DNA of 59,790 nt, counting the filler, from Sphacelaria rigidula (taxonomy: Eukaryota), in the NCBI GenBank assembly GCA_964200075.2. It is 9 parts of 9 records of this genome, joined end to end, with 100 filler letters (N's around TTAATTAATTAA, not from the genome) between each part and the next. Parts side by side here need not be neighbours in the genome. Positions count along the whole stretch, not along the records: positions 19,966 to 26,520 come from CAXNAA020019374.1; positions 26,621 to 33,174 come from CAXNAA020019375.1; positions 33,275 to 39,828 come from CAXNAA020019376.1; 6 more parts are not named here. One strand, written 5' to 3'. Positions 25,709 through 38,424 of this stretch are shown here, in pieces. Below the pieces are notes generated by a model that was not told the origin of the DNA, made no database searches, and saw nothing but the letters and a program-made list of their open reading frames with translations. Every line of letters begins with the position of its first letter. Positions within the stretch are counted from its first letter, which is position 1. The translations under genes were made by a program, and so were the position numbers.

Positions 25709-26356
25709 CGCTTGCTGCAGCTTCACCGCCACATCGCGGTCCGCAACCGCCCGCAACATCTCGTCACGACCTCCCGTCGCCGCCTCCCCCGCCTCCGCCG
25801 CCTCCGCCACACGCGTAGCGCTACCGTTATCGTCAGATTGCTGCCGACCGCTCCCACCATCCCCCTCGCCACCGCCACTCGCGCTCCTGCTCCGTCTGCT
25901 GCTGCCGTTACTGTTCGCTCCGGTAGAGGAGGAACCACCGCCTGCAATCCCAACACTGGTATCACCCTCGCCGTTGTCGCCAGCGGCAGGGTCGGAATCA
26001 ACACGACCACGCCCTACATTTTCTCCTTTCATTCCGGCTTCTACGCCGGGCCCAACAGCCCCCTGCGGCACTTCTGCCTCCTCTCCCCGGCCACCGCCCC
26101 GCCCTTCTCCAACACCGCCACCGTCTACATCCCGGCTACCGCTCGCCAGAGCCTTCAGTGCTTCCCGCAGGGAGTTGTTCTCCTGAAGCAAGACCTGGAC
26201 AGCGTCAACTCCCTTGTGGGCACCAGTGCCGGAAGCCGCTGAAGCTACTAGTGCTTTTGCCGGGTGGGCTGTTGAAGTGGCGAGGTTGAGCTCTGATATT
26301 GTGCTTGCCGCCGGGGGACCTCCGGCTGCTTCCACCATCATCGCCTCCTCGCCGCC
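25709..26356 (-). CDS. Coiled-coil protein (CEP290-like), first visible exon
   Basis: AG/GT bounded, phase 0-0. LLQENNSLREALKAL and EMLRAVADRDVAVKLQQA flank a Gly-rich linker. Confidence 0.75.
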
Positions 26357-28507
26357 CTATTTTTTTGAGGGAATTGTTTAGGGACACATGCTTTCACAGT
26401 TTAGTTTGGGGGCGGGAGGGTAAACGCAAAAATCTGCCTGCCGTAGCCATAAGGGGGGAGGGGGCGTACTCATTTGTTGCTTGCCTTAGTCGTTCGACCA
26501 TTCACCACGCATCCCTTTCGNNNNNNNNNNNNNNNNNNNNNNNNNNNNNNNNNNNNNNNNNNNNTTAATTAATTAANNNNNNNNNNNNNNNNNNNNNNNN
26601 NNNNNNNNNNNNNNNNNNNNCCCGGCTTTATAGGGATGCGAGGTCAATGGTCATCTGACTATGGCATGCATGATCATGAGTACACCCCCCCCCCTGGCCC
26701 TGTATTCTCCGGGATCAAAATCGAATCACCGGATGATGACTCATGTAGTCACGATGATGGTATAGACTCAGGGACCAAGATCCAACCTTCGAATAATGAC
26801 TCATGACAGGAGGACAGTCTACCTGAGGGCGGGCAATTAGGATAGCAGTCGCACTCGTATCCATGGGGTGGCAATCTCGTTGCCTACTCATGTTCGGCGT
26901 GCCTGTTCGACATGCAGCTGTCTCCCGGCCGGTAGTTTGTAGTTTGTCACGATCGATCTGTGTTTGTTCTCCTTCTGGATTTCGATCCCTAACCATTTAC
27001 CACGATGTGCACTGACATGGTAGAGATTTCATCCGTGGTCTACTTGCTTCTGCATCAATATCGATTCACTCTATTCAGCAAAAGCACAGGCATTCATGTG
27101 TATGCTATCCACCAGGAGAGAGGGTGTACTCATCGTCTTGCGTGTCGTAGTCATGAGACCATTGACGCAGCATCCCTACAAAGCCGGGTCGGAGCACGCC
27201 GGGTCTTCGCCGGACCGGGGTTGATCAAAGCAGAAGGGGTGAATCATCACAAGGTTGTGTCGAGGATCTACCGCCCCTTCCTATTAGTGACGTTGACGAG
27301 ATCCGTACTCACGCGTGCGAAGCACATACTAGTTTGTATTCATGACCGCGAAGCAATTATAGACCTCTAGTGCATTGTTCTCGGTTCGCTTCCTTTAAAA
27401 AACAGATTCCCCGGTTTTCTCCATTTTTTTCGTTTTTTCTATTCTCAAGTCTAGTCCGTCCTTCCCTTCCTTCTTTTCTCCACTTCCCTCTTTTTTCGAA
27501 TGATCTCACTCAGCGAGTGTTTCCCTTCGTCCACCTTGGGTACAGCATGTCCATCTCATCACCACAGCGGTATCCGCAGTGAATCACTTCATGCGTGATA
27601 ACCAAAACCACTCAATCGATCGACCGATCAATATAATAAAATGTAAACCAAATCACCAACCATTCACAGCCACCGGTCCCACTCGCGCATGTTTCTCGCA
27701 ATGGTAGCTCGGTGTCTACAGATAGCACGAAAAGTATACGCATATGTTGACTGTGACATGTGCTGAGACATCGGACGGAAAACATAAATAGGGAACCCGG
27801 GGCTGTTCTGAACGCTGCGGTTAGATCCATTTGCACAAGGGAAATATCACGTTTAGCCTTAAAACGGAACGAGTGCTATCGCCCAGGCATATTTTTTTCT
27901 CCATAATTAATGGGGGGAAATGCGTCGCTTGTAACAGTCCTTACACGATATGATGATGAAAACGAATGTAACGCGTTACCGTGCTGAATGTATTAGGAAC
28001 GCTGGCAGCACACGCTGGCAGCACAAAACTTAGGGACAAAAAATCCGCAACGCTTCTCCCTTCCTCACGGGATAAGAAAAGGTAACGGAACACACTCGAG
28101 GCGAAGGGGAAACACTGAAGAGGACACGGTACAGTCCCAATTTACCAAAAAGAAAGAAGCGATTTTTTGGGGTTGAGACTCAAACTCTCATGGACACCAA
28201 TATTGCGTCTCGAGAACGTTTTATTTTTGCTGTCCTCTGTTGCTCATCACCAATGAATATTGTGTAGAAAGTAGTTCGGTGGGCTACGATCGAATCCCAC
28301 CATTCCATACTCTTCTATTCCCGCTACTGTTTCAGCCCTTTGGTCGCCCAGGTCAATGTGCCCACCATCTGTTGAAGCGGCACCACGTACACTTGAAGAA
28401 TGACCGAGACTCGGGCGTCCACGTGGGGGCGCCTTGAGGTTAAGTGTAACTAAAATGCCAATACCGACTATCTTATTACTCATTTGCGGCCCACGTCAGG
28501 TTCTCAC

Positions 28508-28709
28508 CGTTCTTATCCGTGTCCACCTGGGCGAACAGTTCCAACGCCTCGGCCTCCGACGTGACACCGATGCTAGCCTCGAAATTGATAAACTCTTCCT
28601 TGGAGATGGTGCCGGAACTGTCCGCGTCCGCTTCTTCGAACAGCTCGTACACGGTCTGTGCTTCTTTCATTTTTTCCTCTGCCTGCTTCGTCAGGTCGGA
28701 GCGTAACAT
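28508..28709 (-). CDS. EF-hand calcium-binding protein exon
   Basis: ELFEEADADSSGTISKEEF is a canonical loop. The second loop DTDKNG is interrupted by a GTGAGA donor. The start is either the ATG at 28709 or an acceptor before 28682. Confidence 0.8.
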
Positions 28710-29574
28710 AATTTAGGCTGAGACGTAACGTAAATTTACCAAATGTTCCCATGCTTTCGCGAACACAAGGTTGAAATCAAAAGACTGTGAATTTCATTTC
28801 AATATTTCTTATTTTCTTCTCAACTTTCAGGTCACCTCTATGGTGGACACTAGTGCGTATTCCGGGAGCTACGGCATTTCGCGTCTGCGTCAATATTACT
28901 GAAGGCAATTCAGCTCTTTTCCGGCTGCGAGAGCTGACTACAGCGTTTCACTCATGAGTGGTCTATCAGTGTACGCTGCTGGTTGCTACCGCAGCACTGC
29001 TTTCCAGTTCATGCTGGGAACAAAAGGTTGCCAGGCCATATCGCACGACGGCTCCTTGGTCAGGTCGACCCGGGTAGGATCTTGTCAAAACCTCAGCCGT
29101 ACGTCACATTTACCGCGGCTCTGAAACCTCTTCCGTGTCCACGACTATTGGTGTAGAATGATCTGTGACGTGTGCTCCAAGTCCTGTTCGTTGAAGGGGA
29201 CACCAGTAACTGGGCTATGACACAATTATAGGCGGCGCTATGAAAATGCACGGGAGATGAAGTTTCTGATCATTAGACGATCACAAGGGCATGCACCATT
29301 GGAAACCCCGAAAACCTTCTGGCGGCTGGTTCATGAATTTGATCCACGGTGAAGCCACACGAACTAGGTTTTCTCATGACATGCTCAGCAGTGGAGCAAT
29401 TACGCCTGTGTGACCGTCTTCCTGGGTGACCCCCAGCTGGTGCGCCCATATATACCGAAATATGTAGGCGCCCAGAATAAATGGGGCGATTTCACACCTG
29501 GCAAACACTATTGGAAATCTCGGCGGCATGTGCTGGTGCGAATTACAAAGCATGGTTTTTTTTTTGCGTAGCGT

Positions 29575-30040
29575 GAGGCCGCTCCTTAGCAAACGAAAAA
29601 TGATTTGTCGTAAAAATATTTTTTTAGTCCTTGCTCGTCGTTCACGCCCTGAAAGAGAGCTAGGCGGAGTTCGACACCTTGGATTGACTTGCTCTACTCG
29701 TGTAGGCGGTTCCGAGACATCTTCGCGTCTTCCGGTGGCCGCAGTTTTTATTTTGGCCAAACAAACTTCTTCGTCCAGAGACGATCATCTCCAGAGGGAA
29801 TTAACAGTTTTTCTTTTTTTGCCCGTTCTTGGACAAAAATTCAAGTCTGGCACAAATAAAAAACTGTGTTCACCGGACAACGCGAAGATGTCCGAGAACC
29901 GTCTCAACGAGTAGAGTAAGTCATTCCAAGGTGTCACACCCCGCCTAGCTCTATTTTACGGCGTAAAACGATGCAGAAGGGCCGGGCCGCAAGAGCATGT
30001 TGACAGGAATTTATTTTCTGTTCGCTACAAGGAGCGACTT
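29575..30040. mobile_element. Diverged foldback element
   Basis: About 29575-29712 is the reverse complement of about 29895-30040 (CTAGGCGG...CACCTTGGATTGACTT / AAGTCATTCCAAGGTG...CCGCCTAG). Confidence 0.65.
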
Positions 30041-30160
30041 AACCCCATAACGTGACATTTTTCTCGGATACCGCTCATGTTTCTCGCAGACGGGTCAGGT
30101 CCAGAAAAAAATCGGAGATTTGTCCGGACGTGACCGGTCTCCGAGAAAAGATGGCGGCTA

Positions 30161-30446
30161 GTTTACCGGCGTTGGGCTACAAACGTCCACGGTTGACAGA
30201 GTTATATAACTGTCGCTACCCCTAACCCTGACCCAAACCCAACGCATACCGAGAACCCTCGAGCAAGGGCGATACATACGTTCCCTAGGCCAAGTGCGGC
30301 CTGTGGCGCCGATTTGAACGAAAACGCGCTCTGCGCACGCGAGGAGCACACACAACTGTCAGCCCCATTGAAATTCCGATTCTCGTTGTTCAGACTCAAA
30401 ACAAGTAATATCGACCATGAACATTCGTAGCCCAACGCCGGTAAAT
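30161..30446. mobile_element. MITE with TIRs of about 35 bp, TA flanks and an internal CCCTAA-like motif
   Basis: TTTACCGGCGTTGGGCTAC / GTAGCCCAACGCCGGTAAA. Partial relatives lie at 6870-7110 and 37560-37730. Confidence 0.8.
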
Positions 30447-30454
30447 TACTGTAA

Positions 30455-31277
30455 GGGTGTGTCTTGGAACTCTTTGTTCCGATCGAAAAAATGGGGCGAT
30501 GGAATCGATTTGAGCGATATTCTCTCGTTTTGATTCAGTTAGGTCCCGATGGATTTTCAAGCTTTCGATCGAAAAAAGACAGTGAAATTCGCGAAACAGT
30601 ACATGGGCACTCATGTACAGTACAGACAGTCTGTACTGTCTGCACTGCTTGCAAGCAAGATGTTTTGAGTGCGTGCGTGCGTGTTTCGTGCAGGAGGATA
30701 TAAAGGAGAGGCGGGCAACGTGCAGTTCAGACAGCCCAGGACTATAAGTTTCCTCTGGTTGCAATGCGACGTGAAAAGGACCCCAGCAACGTGCAGCTTT
30801 GTACTGCCGGCACTGTCCATGAGCGTGCACGCAACTCGGTTGCCCACCGTACCACGCAGTTCCGTCGCTGCTCCCTACCATGAGAGAAGATGCGTAATTT
30901 TTCGCCAACAAAAAACGAACAAAGCAACCTGACTACTGCAGCAGTGTATCTATCTCTGTGCTCAACTCGCGTTCTATGCTGCAGGGTTGCGGTGGTAGCT
31001 GAGAATAAGTTGGGTGGAATTTGCATGGTCCTGTGCACAGGTGTTATTTGGCGTGGTAGTCCGTAGGATAGGAGTCAAGTGCCGTTTCGTGCCTTCCGAC
31101 CACATGTTTTTGATCGAAAACGATTGTGTTTTACCTCGAGCAATAATTCTCCGCGCGCCGCTAATTATAATTTTGAGTTGAAGCCGTCTAGGAACATAAA
31201 TGCGGTGGGCCTATCAGATCGGCAAAAAAAAACGACCGCACTTTTTCGATCGAAAAAAAAAGTGCCGAGACACGCCC
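30455..31277. mobile_element. PIF/Harbinger-type (Tourist-like) non-autonomous element
   Basis: GGGTGTGTCT / AGACACGCCC termini with TAA on both sides. An inverted copy lies at about 40030-40792. Confidence 0.8.
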
Positions 31278-31386
31278 TAAACATGATCGTTCTCCCGAGA
31301 AAAATGCATGGTTGGGTTGGCCAGAAAAATTGCCACCACCGAAAATGCGCAAAGGTGTGCTGGAACCGCCTCGACGAGTACAGTAA

Positions 31387-32184
31387 GGGCCCTTCTTAAC
31401 GAAGGGGATTATTCCCTTTTCTATAATCCCCTTTTGACAGGGGATTGTCCCCATAACGATCAGTCCCGAGTCCTATCGACAAGCAGATTTGTACAAATTG
31501 GAACCCAGATCTGCACGCGGGTTGACGAATGCGGCGGGTCTGGAAGTGGTCGTTAGTCCAAGCAGGCCCAAGGTCTGTGTGATGCTGCATACAAGACACA
31601 ACAAGGCAACACAACACCTACACACCCAGCCCCGAAAAAACACGTGCATACACCCACCACTCACGCGCATTAGTTTCACTGCTAGGCCTTGCCAATCTAC
31701 ACACGGCAGTCTTTGTATGACAGAAATCCGTTCTGTACTGGACGAATGGCGGCCGTATGCGCGTCAAAAACAACCGAAAGCGTGTCGTTGCTGACCGCTT
31801 TGTAAGCGTGTGCTGCACGCGCGTCTCACACAAATTATCATTTCTCAACGAATTCTGAACAGATTTGAGTAAGGTCAAGCACAACGTGTACAGCTGAAGA
31901 GCAGCTAGAGCTCGAGCTATGTGTTTTTAGTTTGCAGGGCCACCAAGTTCCTCAGGTTCAGCTCTGATTGTGTTAGGCTGTGTGGTAAGCCTTTGCATGT
32001 ACCTCTGTCAACCTGACACGTATGTTCCCCTTCGAGGTGTCCGGAAATCCCCTTTTCAAAAGGGGATTTCTGTGCACGCTGAGGGGATTTCTTGGAGGGG
32101 GTGGTATCGCCGCGACCAATCACTGGTCGTTTTTGAAAAGGAGATTTTGAAGAAGGGGATTATCCCCTTCGTTAAGAAGGGCCC
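31387..32184. mobile_element. PIF/Harbinger-type non-autonomous element, second family
   Basis: TIR GGGCCCTTCTTAACGAAGGGGAT with a TAA TSD. Another left end lies at 33067-33174. Confidence 0.88.
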
Positions 32185-32187
32185 TAA

Positions 32188-33063
32188 CACTCACTTTTAT
32201 GGCAAACGAACCCTGATTGTTTTGGACCCCGATTTTGAAAAAATCGGGGGGACTCAAATTCGTGAACTCAAAATCGGGGGGACCATTTTATGGTACAGGC
32301 GGTACAGTTATCACAGATTTGTCAAACGGTTCTGTACACAGATGACCATTTTTGCATGAGTGTGGTACTGCGTGCTCGTGCATGAAGCCGGAGAGCAGGC
32401 AGGCGGTAAACAATCCTTCGAGTACAGAGTCGTACCTTGATGCCCTAGGGTAATACAGTGCAGGACACTTTATCAGTACAGTACATGATAATGCCTTGTG
32501 GTAGTACATGATGGCACAGTCGGTATTGCGAAAACAGAGAACAAACAGTGCGCGAGCAGAGTTCTGTAATGCAGTGCCACAATCCCCTCAAGCACAGCGA
32601 CAACAGCTAGGAGAGTACAGTAACGTTCGTTACAGTGACACATATGGCAGCGCAGCGCAGTATAAAATATAACTATCGCCGTAGGTTATGGCGTCAGCAC
32701 TCATTATCCGCTTGTCAAACCCCCTGCGAAGTTGCTTCAGCAGCTGGGGGCAGCAGTACGCACGCCCTGTGCTGTCACGAGACTGTCTTCTGCTCCCGTT
32801 GCAAAAATATCAAACGCCTCGTACTCTAGCAATGTACGTCAATGCACGTACGTCACCTCAAAAAAGTCGGGGGAAGTCACGATCTCGGATCGATTTCCCC
32901 CGATTTTTTTCGAAAAATCGGGGAAAATCGTTCCGAGATCGTGACTCCCCGTTTTTTTCGCCTCTGATTTGGTCCAAGTCCGTGTCCATAAAGTGCGTTT
33001 CCCGATTTTTCGTCCCCCCGCTTTTGAAAAAATCGAGATTCGTGCCTGTCATGAAAGTGGGTC
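32188..33063. mobile_element. Third TAA-flanked TIR element
   Basis: Imperfect TIRs CACTCACTTTTATGGCA / TGTCATGAAAGTGGGTC, subterminal AAAATCGGGG repeats, and TAA at 32185-32187 and 33064-33066. Confidence 0.6.
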
Positions 33064-33824
33064 TAAGGGCCTGTCTTAACGAAGGGGAGAATCCCCTTTT
33101 TCACAATCCCCTTTTGACAGAGGATTGGCCCCATAACGACCAGCCCCGAGTCCTATCGACAAGCAGTTTTGTACNNNNNNNNNNNNNNNNNNNNNNNNNN
33201 NNNNNNNNNNNNNNNNNNTTAATTAATTAANNNNNNNNNNNNNNNNNNNNNNNNNNNNNNNNNNNNNNNNNNNNCTACTGATTATCTTGCACTTGGATGA
33301 CAACCTCGAATGAGTTGCTTGATTATCTGGTATGGAGGGGGGGGGGACGGGAGGGGCACTTGACCGCGAGAAGTCGCTGGGCAGAAGTTTGACCCGCCAC
33401 AGTATTCTCCACGTTTCGACTAACCCCCAAGACGCTTCACAGGGCGGGATCCCGCGTGAAGTGCCGTTCAGATTAGCTTTTTATGTTCGCACAACACCGC
33501 ACTCTCAATAACCGCGAGCACACATGCATGTGCATACCTTCCGACAGGAAACTGACTTCATGGGGATGGGCTCTATTTCACTTCCGCAAAGGGTCATCGT
33601 CTATCTGTAACGACTCCAACAAATCTTCGCCAAGACAAGGCAGCAGCTTTTTCTGCAGTCGAACTCCTTCCCCTCCCTACCACCCTGTGGTGCCGGCCCC
33701 GCTAAGCCCATCGGCCGCCGCTAAGCTAAGCCCCTTGTTCGGTCGTGGTGTGCAGCGGTGGCATGATGTTGTTCGGGTTGGTGCAATCGTTCCTGATGAT
33801 CGCGATGGTGTGCTGCCATTGGTG

Positions 33825-33956
33825 TCATCGAGATGGTGGTAGCACCCGATCGGTGCGTGCTCGCTCTCCCCCTAAGAACACTGCCGAGGCTGCGGCTCTC
33901 GCAATCTCTTCCTTGGTGGTCAGCAATAGCGCGCTCTTCAGGATGGTATGTACCAA
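33825..33956 (-). CDS. Same carrier gene, terminal exon
   Basis: CAG acceptor in phase 0. LVHTILKSALLLTTKEEI (last helix) runs to a TGA stop. Confidence 0.85.
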   Translation of the reverse strand: MVHTILKSALLLTTKEEIARAAASAVFLGGERARTDRVLPPSR

Positions 33957-34894
33957 CTGGGAAAATAGTGCCATGGATAAACAAAGGGTGTGAGGGAGGG
34001 GGGGCGGATGATTCGTGTGTCGTGATATTGGGGGCAAAGCATAACGGTTCGAGAACAAGTAGATCGAAAGCCCCGCGCGATGGATACAACTCAGTAGATA
34101 TGGCGCTTGAGGGCTGTAAATATCAAGAGAGGTGAACTTTTAGTCCCGCTGATCCGTCAGCCACGTCGACATGCAGCCGATGCAAATGAACACTGCTATG
34201 GCAGCGTAAAATGCCGTGTAGAGTAGAGATAGGGCAGGGAGATAGAACCCACACACGCCCAGACCACCCCGCCCGCCTCTTTTCTTCGTGACCGTTTCAA
34301 CTCCTCCCATTTCTCGGGATGAGTCTGCGCAGTCTCCGGGACAGCACATCAAGCACCCCCCCGGTACACGCCTTACATATTGGTCTCGCGGATTGGATCA
34401 GCGCCCACTCTCGCTGCCGTCGACAACTCTCGCCAAACAAAACCTGTCTTCGCTTTCTAAATTCTCACGCTGCCATCAACAGGATGGATATCAGATTCTT
34501 CTCCTCAGACAAGAAAAAAAACGACCCGCGTCGACTCTCGTCAAACAAATTTGTCTCTAGCTACCCACGTTCTCACGCTGTCAACAACCGAAACAGGATT
34601 CTTCTCAGAAAAAATCACCCTGAACCCACATCTTCTGCTGGGATTAGATTCCGCTATCTTGCCTCCTAGCTGGTTTTCAGTTGAACGTACCACCCCAGCC
34701 CACAGTCAATGTACAAAACACGTACTTTTCCGAGAAATTTCGGCGAAATACTAGCTCCAAAAACAACATAAAAACAGATCATGACCATATCTCGTCGCTG
34801 TGATATATACCATGCTCCGTCGTCGTCTGGAGGACACGTGTGCCCGACTGTTTCGCCAGCGATACAGCCGAAGCACATGAAGACCGTTACATTC

Positions 34895-35330
34895 AATATT
34901 TTCAGGGATATATAGGTTACACACGTGGCACATTCGAAAAAAACGGGAAAAATGTAACTTTGGGCCATTTAACGCTACGTAGGGTCTGATTTTTTGGACG
35001 GGACAAATGCAACGTAACGTGGTGTAACGTGTGGACCTTGAAGCAGTGTCTCTTGGGATTTACCAGTATGTAAAAGAAGGCTGTTTTTGTGAATTTGTAA
35101 CGTGACACGTGTCATGTGTCACGTTACGAATTCACTAAAAAACGCAGAGTTTTTGTCACATCTGGAAAATAAAACGCTATGTTGGGGCTCATGCGAAGGA
35201 CCACACGTTACGTCACATTTGCCCCATCGAAAAAATCAAACGTCAGGTAGCGTTAAAATGACCCAAAGTTACGTCTTTTCGAATGTGTCACGCAAAAGCG
35301 TCACGTGTAACGTGTATACCCATGAATATT
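34895..35330. mobile_element. Diverged foldback MITE in the carrier intron
   Basis: Inverted arms GTTACACACGTG...GTAACTTTGGGCCATTTAACGCTAC and GTAGCGTTAAAATGACCCAAAGTTAC...CACGTGTAAC. Confidence 0.65.
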
Positions 35331-35724
35331 TTGGGTTGAACGATGTGCCCAAATTATTTCGTACTCCTCTCCACGCGGTACCTGTACGTCATCTTCTACC
35401 CATGAGGGCCCCCCCTTCACCATACCCCTTCCCCCGTGTTTCTAAAACAAGCATGGCTAGTTTCGTTTGAAAAAGGTTGAGCACATGTCAAGATATTATG
35501 CCCGACCTGGCCCTGCTACGGCAGACCCTTGCTATCATAGTAGCTTCGACCGTCCTATCCGTTCTACCGCATAAGCATTCGAAAAACGTAAACTGCGTTG
35601 CCGTAGTGTCGGTAGGCTACAGCATGGAATCCATCTCGGTCTCTGATATTCCCGCCCACCCGACTAAGGCAGGCAACAAGTGTGTACACCCACCCACCCA
35701 CCCTCTCCTCCCAGAACATCCCAC

Positions 35725-37251
35725 CTGAGCGCCGCATCCAGCATAAAGTCCAGCTATCCCCTCGTGCCGCACAATGTCCAACATGACGCGTCCCATCTGC
35801 TCGACACCGCCACCGGCACGCCGTACCCTGGTCCTGTCGGCTACTTGTGATAAACGATACCTCGTGTCCGCTGCCCGGTCCGCAATCTCCTCCACAGTTC
35901 CACCCCTAGCCTCAGCATCACTCGTGTTGCCCGGTGCTGAGTTATCGCGCGAATCAGCAGCAGCAGCAGCAGCAGCAGTGCTAAACGCCGGCGCCGTTTT
36001 TGAGGCCTCCCCTTGTGCTGCTGTCGCCGGTTGAGGTGAGAATGGCGACAAAGACAAAGTGCTACTACTGCTTGGGCTATTGTCTACTGCTACCCCGGTT
36101 GGCTTGTCGCCGTGGTCATCCCCCGTCAACAACAACCCAGCGCTAATGCTGTTTTCCCTCGAAGTGCCGTTGCTGCCGCCGCTGCTGCTGCTGCTGCGAC
36201 CGTGCTCATTGCCGCTATATTCTGCATGATGTTCACGTTCTAGTTCCTCTTGCTGTCGTTGCTGTTGTTGTTGCTGCTGCTGCTGCTGCTCTATCGTAAC
36301 CGTCTCGGATGTGTTCCTTCCTCGTTCCGAGGGTGACGATAACATCGCTGATGGCGATGTCGCTAACGGTGGTGACGTCATTGGCGGTGGTGAAATAATC
36401 GAAGATGAAGCCATCAAGATCACCTTCGCGCGGATAAGCGGGTACGTTATCAGCGTTGCAAGAGACTTCGCCGCTGCGGCAATCAAGAACGCCTCGACAG
36501 GGTTGAGAAACCCACTATTGCCACCAGTCGTCACCGATGCAGCACCCGCACCAGCCCTCTTGGCAGTCAAGGCGCTGGCTCCACCCGTGGAGGTGTCAGG
36601 GACGACGGTAGAAATGGCTGCCTGGCGATTCAACCACAATGTCTTGACAAAATCGAAGGCGGTGTAGTTTATGGCCGGGTTGCACGTGAGGATTAGAGAC
36701 GGGGTAAAGCCACGCCAGAAGCGGCTCAGGCCCCCCCGTGCGTCGCCGCCGTCTTCGTTGTACAGCTGCCGCGCTACCGTCCACAGCGACTGCCTTCGTA
36801 CCCCTCCCTTTATGCCCGATTCCCCCCCGGCAACATTGTTGTCGCTGCTACTGTTGTTATTGTTGCTGCTGCTGCTGCTGCTGCTGCCGTTTCTGGTGTC
36901 TCGATACCCCCCCAGCTCCATCCCCGTCCCACCATCTCCGCGTCTCCCGCGTTGTTGTATGCGCCTATCTTCGCCACGTGCCTCGCCGTCTAGCGTTCCA
37001 GAATGTTGGAGAGGGGGACCGGAGGGCGAGTTTACGTTCCCCCCGCCCTTTTCGAATCCGACCGTTTCTGCCGCGCGGTTCGACTTTGGCGGATTTGATG
37101 AGGACGACGAGGATGTCTGCATTTTGGTAGTAATGTTCTCTAGCGGTAGCGTGAAGATCTGGTTTACGGCGCCGGCCAGCGCAGCGGCGAAGAGATTGAG
37201 AGAAGGCCGGAGAGAACGACCTCCTTCTCCGGACCTCCGCCGCAGAGCACC
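35725..37251 (-). CDS. Mitochondrial carrier family protein, peroxisomal PMP34/SLC25A17/Ant1-like, large internal exon
   Basis: PLENITTKMQ, FWRGFTPSLILTCNPAINYTAFD, ATLITYPLIRAKV and EGIAGLYAG. The exon is 1527 bp, AG/GT bounded, phase 0-0. Confidence 0.9.
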
Positions 37252-38031
37252 CTGAGCGAACCGAAGTAAATGAAACAGAAAAAGACGTGCGCAATATTTT
37301 TCTCCATCAAAAAAACGAGCCGACCCTAAAGAAAACATATGCTCGGGTATAGAGCAGATACTTATATTGTAGATGTATGTGTATATGGTAATAGCATATG
37401 GGTCATCGTGGACATCGAAGAAGGTAGAAATCGGTACGAGCAGACCTACGAGCAGCAGGCAGTTCGTGACTGGCAAATCTAATACAGTAGAGTATACCAC
37501 TGGGTAGATACTGGATTTTAGTGTGGTGTAAACCCGGATCTGTAATGGAGGTGATGTGCTCCCAGCGTGATCCTAGCGTGCGCAGAACGCGTTCTTGTCT
37601 CAATCGGCGCCCCAGCCTGGGGCGCCAATTGGAGGTCTGGCAACGCACACTTCGGCTGGGAAACGCTTTACACCCCCCCTTGGCCGAGGATTCTCGGTAT
37701 GACTTCGTTGGGGTTGGGGTTAGGATTGGGGGGAGAGTTCGTGTTATGCGAAATCACAAATCTTCGATAAACTTCTCATACCTACCAAGAGGTGAACTAA
37801 CCTAAAACAAAATGAGACAAGATGGAATAACGGAAGGAAGGGTTGGCGGGGGATGGGAAACACGGGTTAGAGAGGGAAAAGGAATGAGAAAGAAATAGAC
37901 GGTAAAATAGCGCGGGGTAAGGTGGGTGCTTCAATAATAACCGCATGTAAAATTCGCGGTACCTAGTTTGCGGTGAAATCGGGCTGCAAAACAAATTATG
38001 CGTCGGTTTCCATGCATGTGTGTGTGCGTGT

Positions 38032-38086
<55 letters not shown>

Positions 38087-38088
<2 letters not shown>

Positions 38089-38424
38089 ATCCCATCTACT
38101 CTGGATGCCGGTTTACACCTTCCGGTATATGTGGGCGCATCAGCCGGGGTCACACAGGAGGAAGGCCAACACCGAAAGTTTTTCTTTTTTATTTCTTGTT
38201 TCAGTACTTCACCTCCCTCCCGCGGTGCTCACTCACTTACTATCGCGAGAAGGATTCAGAGGCCGCTTTCCCTCCACGGCTATGATGTCGAAGTTTGTGT
38301 ACCCACGACATAGTCGCTCTCCACTAATGTGAGATTAAATCCCAGATCGTGTGACTGCACCCATTCGAACACACGACCCAACCGTCAGAAGGTTTCGAGG
38401 TTACCAACTGAGCCACCGGGGCGA
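38087..38424 (-). mobile_element. tRNA-derived SINE, family 1, ending in (CA)n
   Basis: 5' GCCCCGGTGGCTCAGTTGG (A box) and GTTCGAAT (B box). Partial copies lie near 25445-25665, 29405-29475 and 50460-50650. Confidence 0.8.

Noticed and set aside
35617..37500. 627-aa ORF as a single-exon gene
   Set aside because: Both ends read through intron sequence. Splice sites define 35725-37251, with a further exon downstream.
38340..38424. Functional tRNA genes at the SINE heads (also 39200-39285 and 53755-53828)
   Set aside because: No clean cloverleaf or acceptor stem is evident, and each head is fused to a repeated body.
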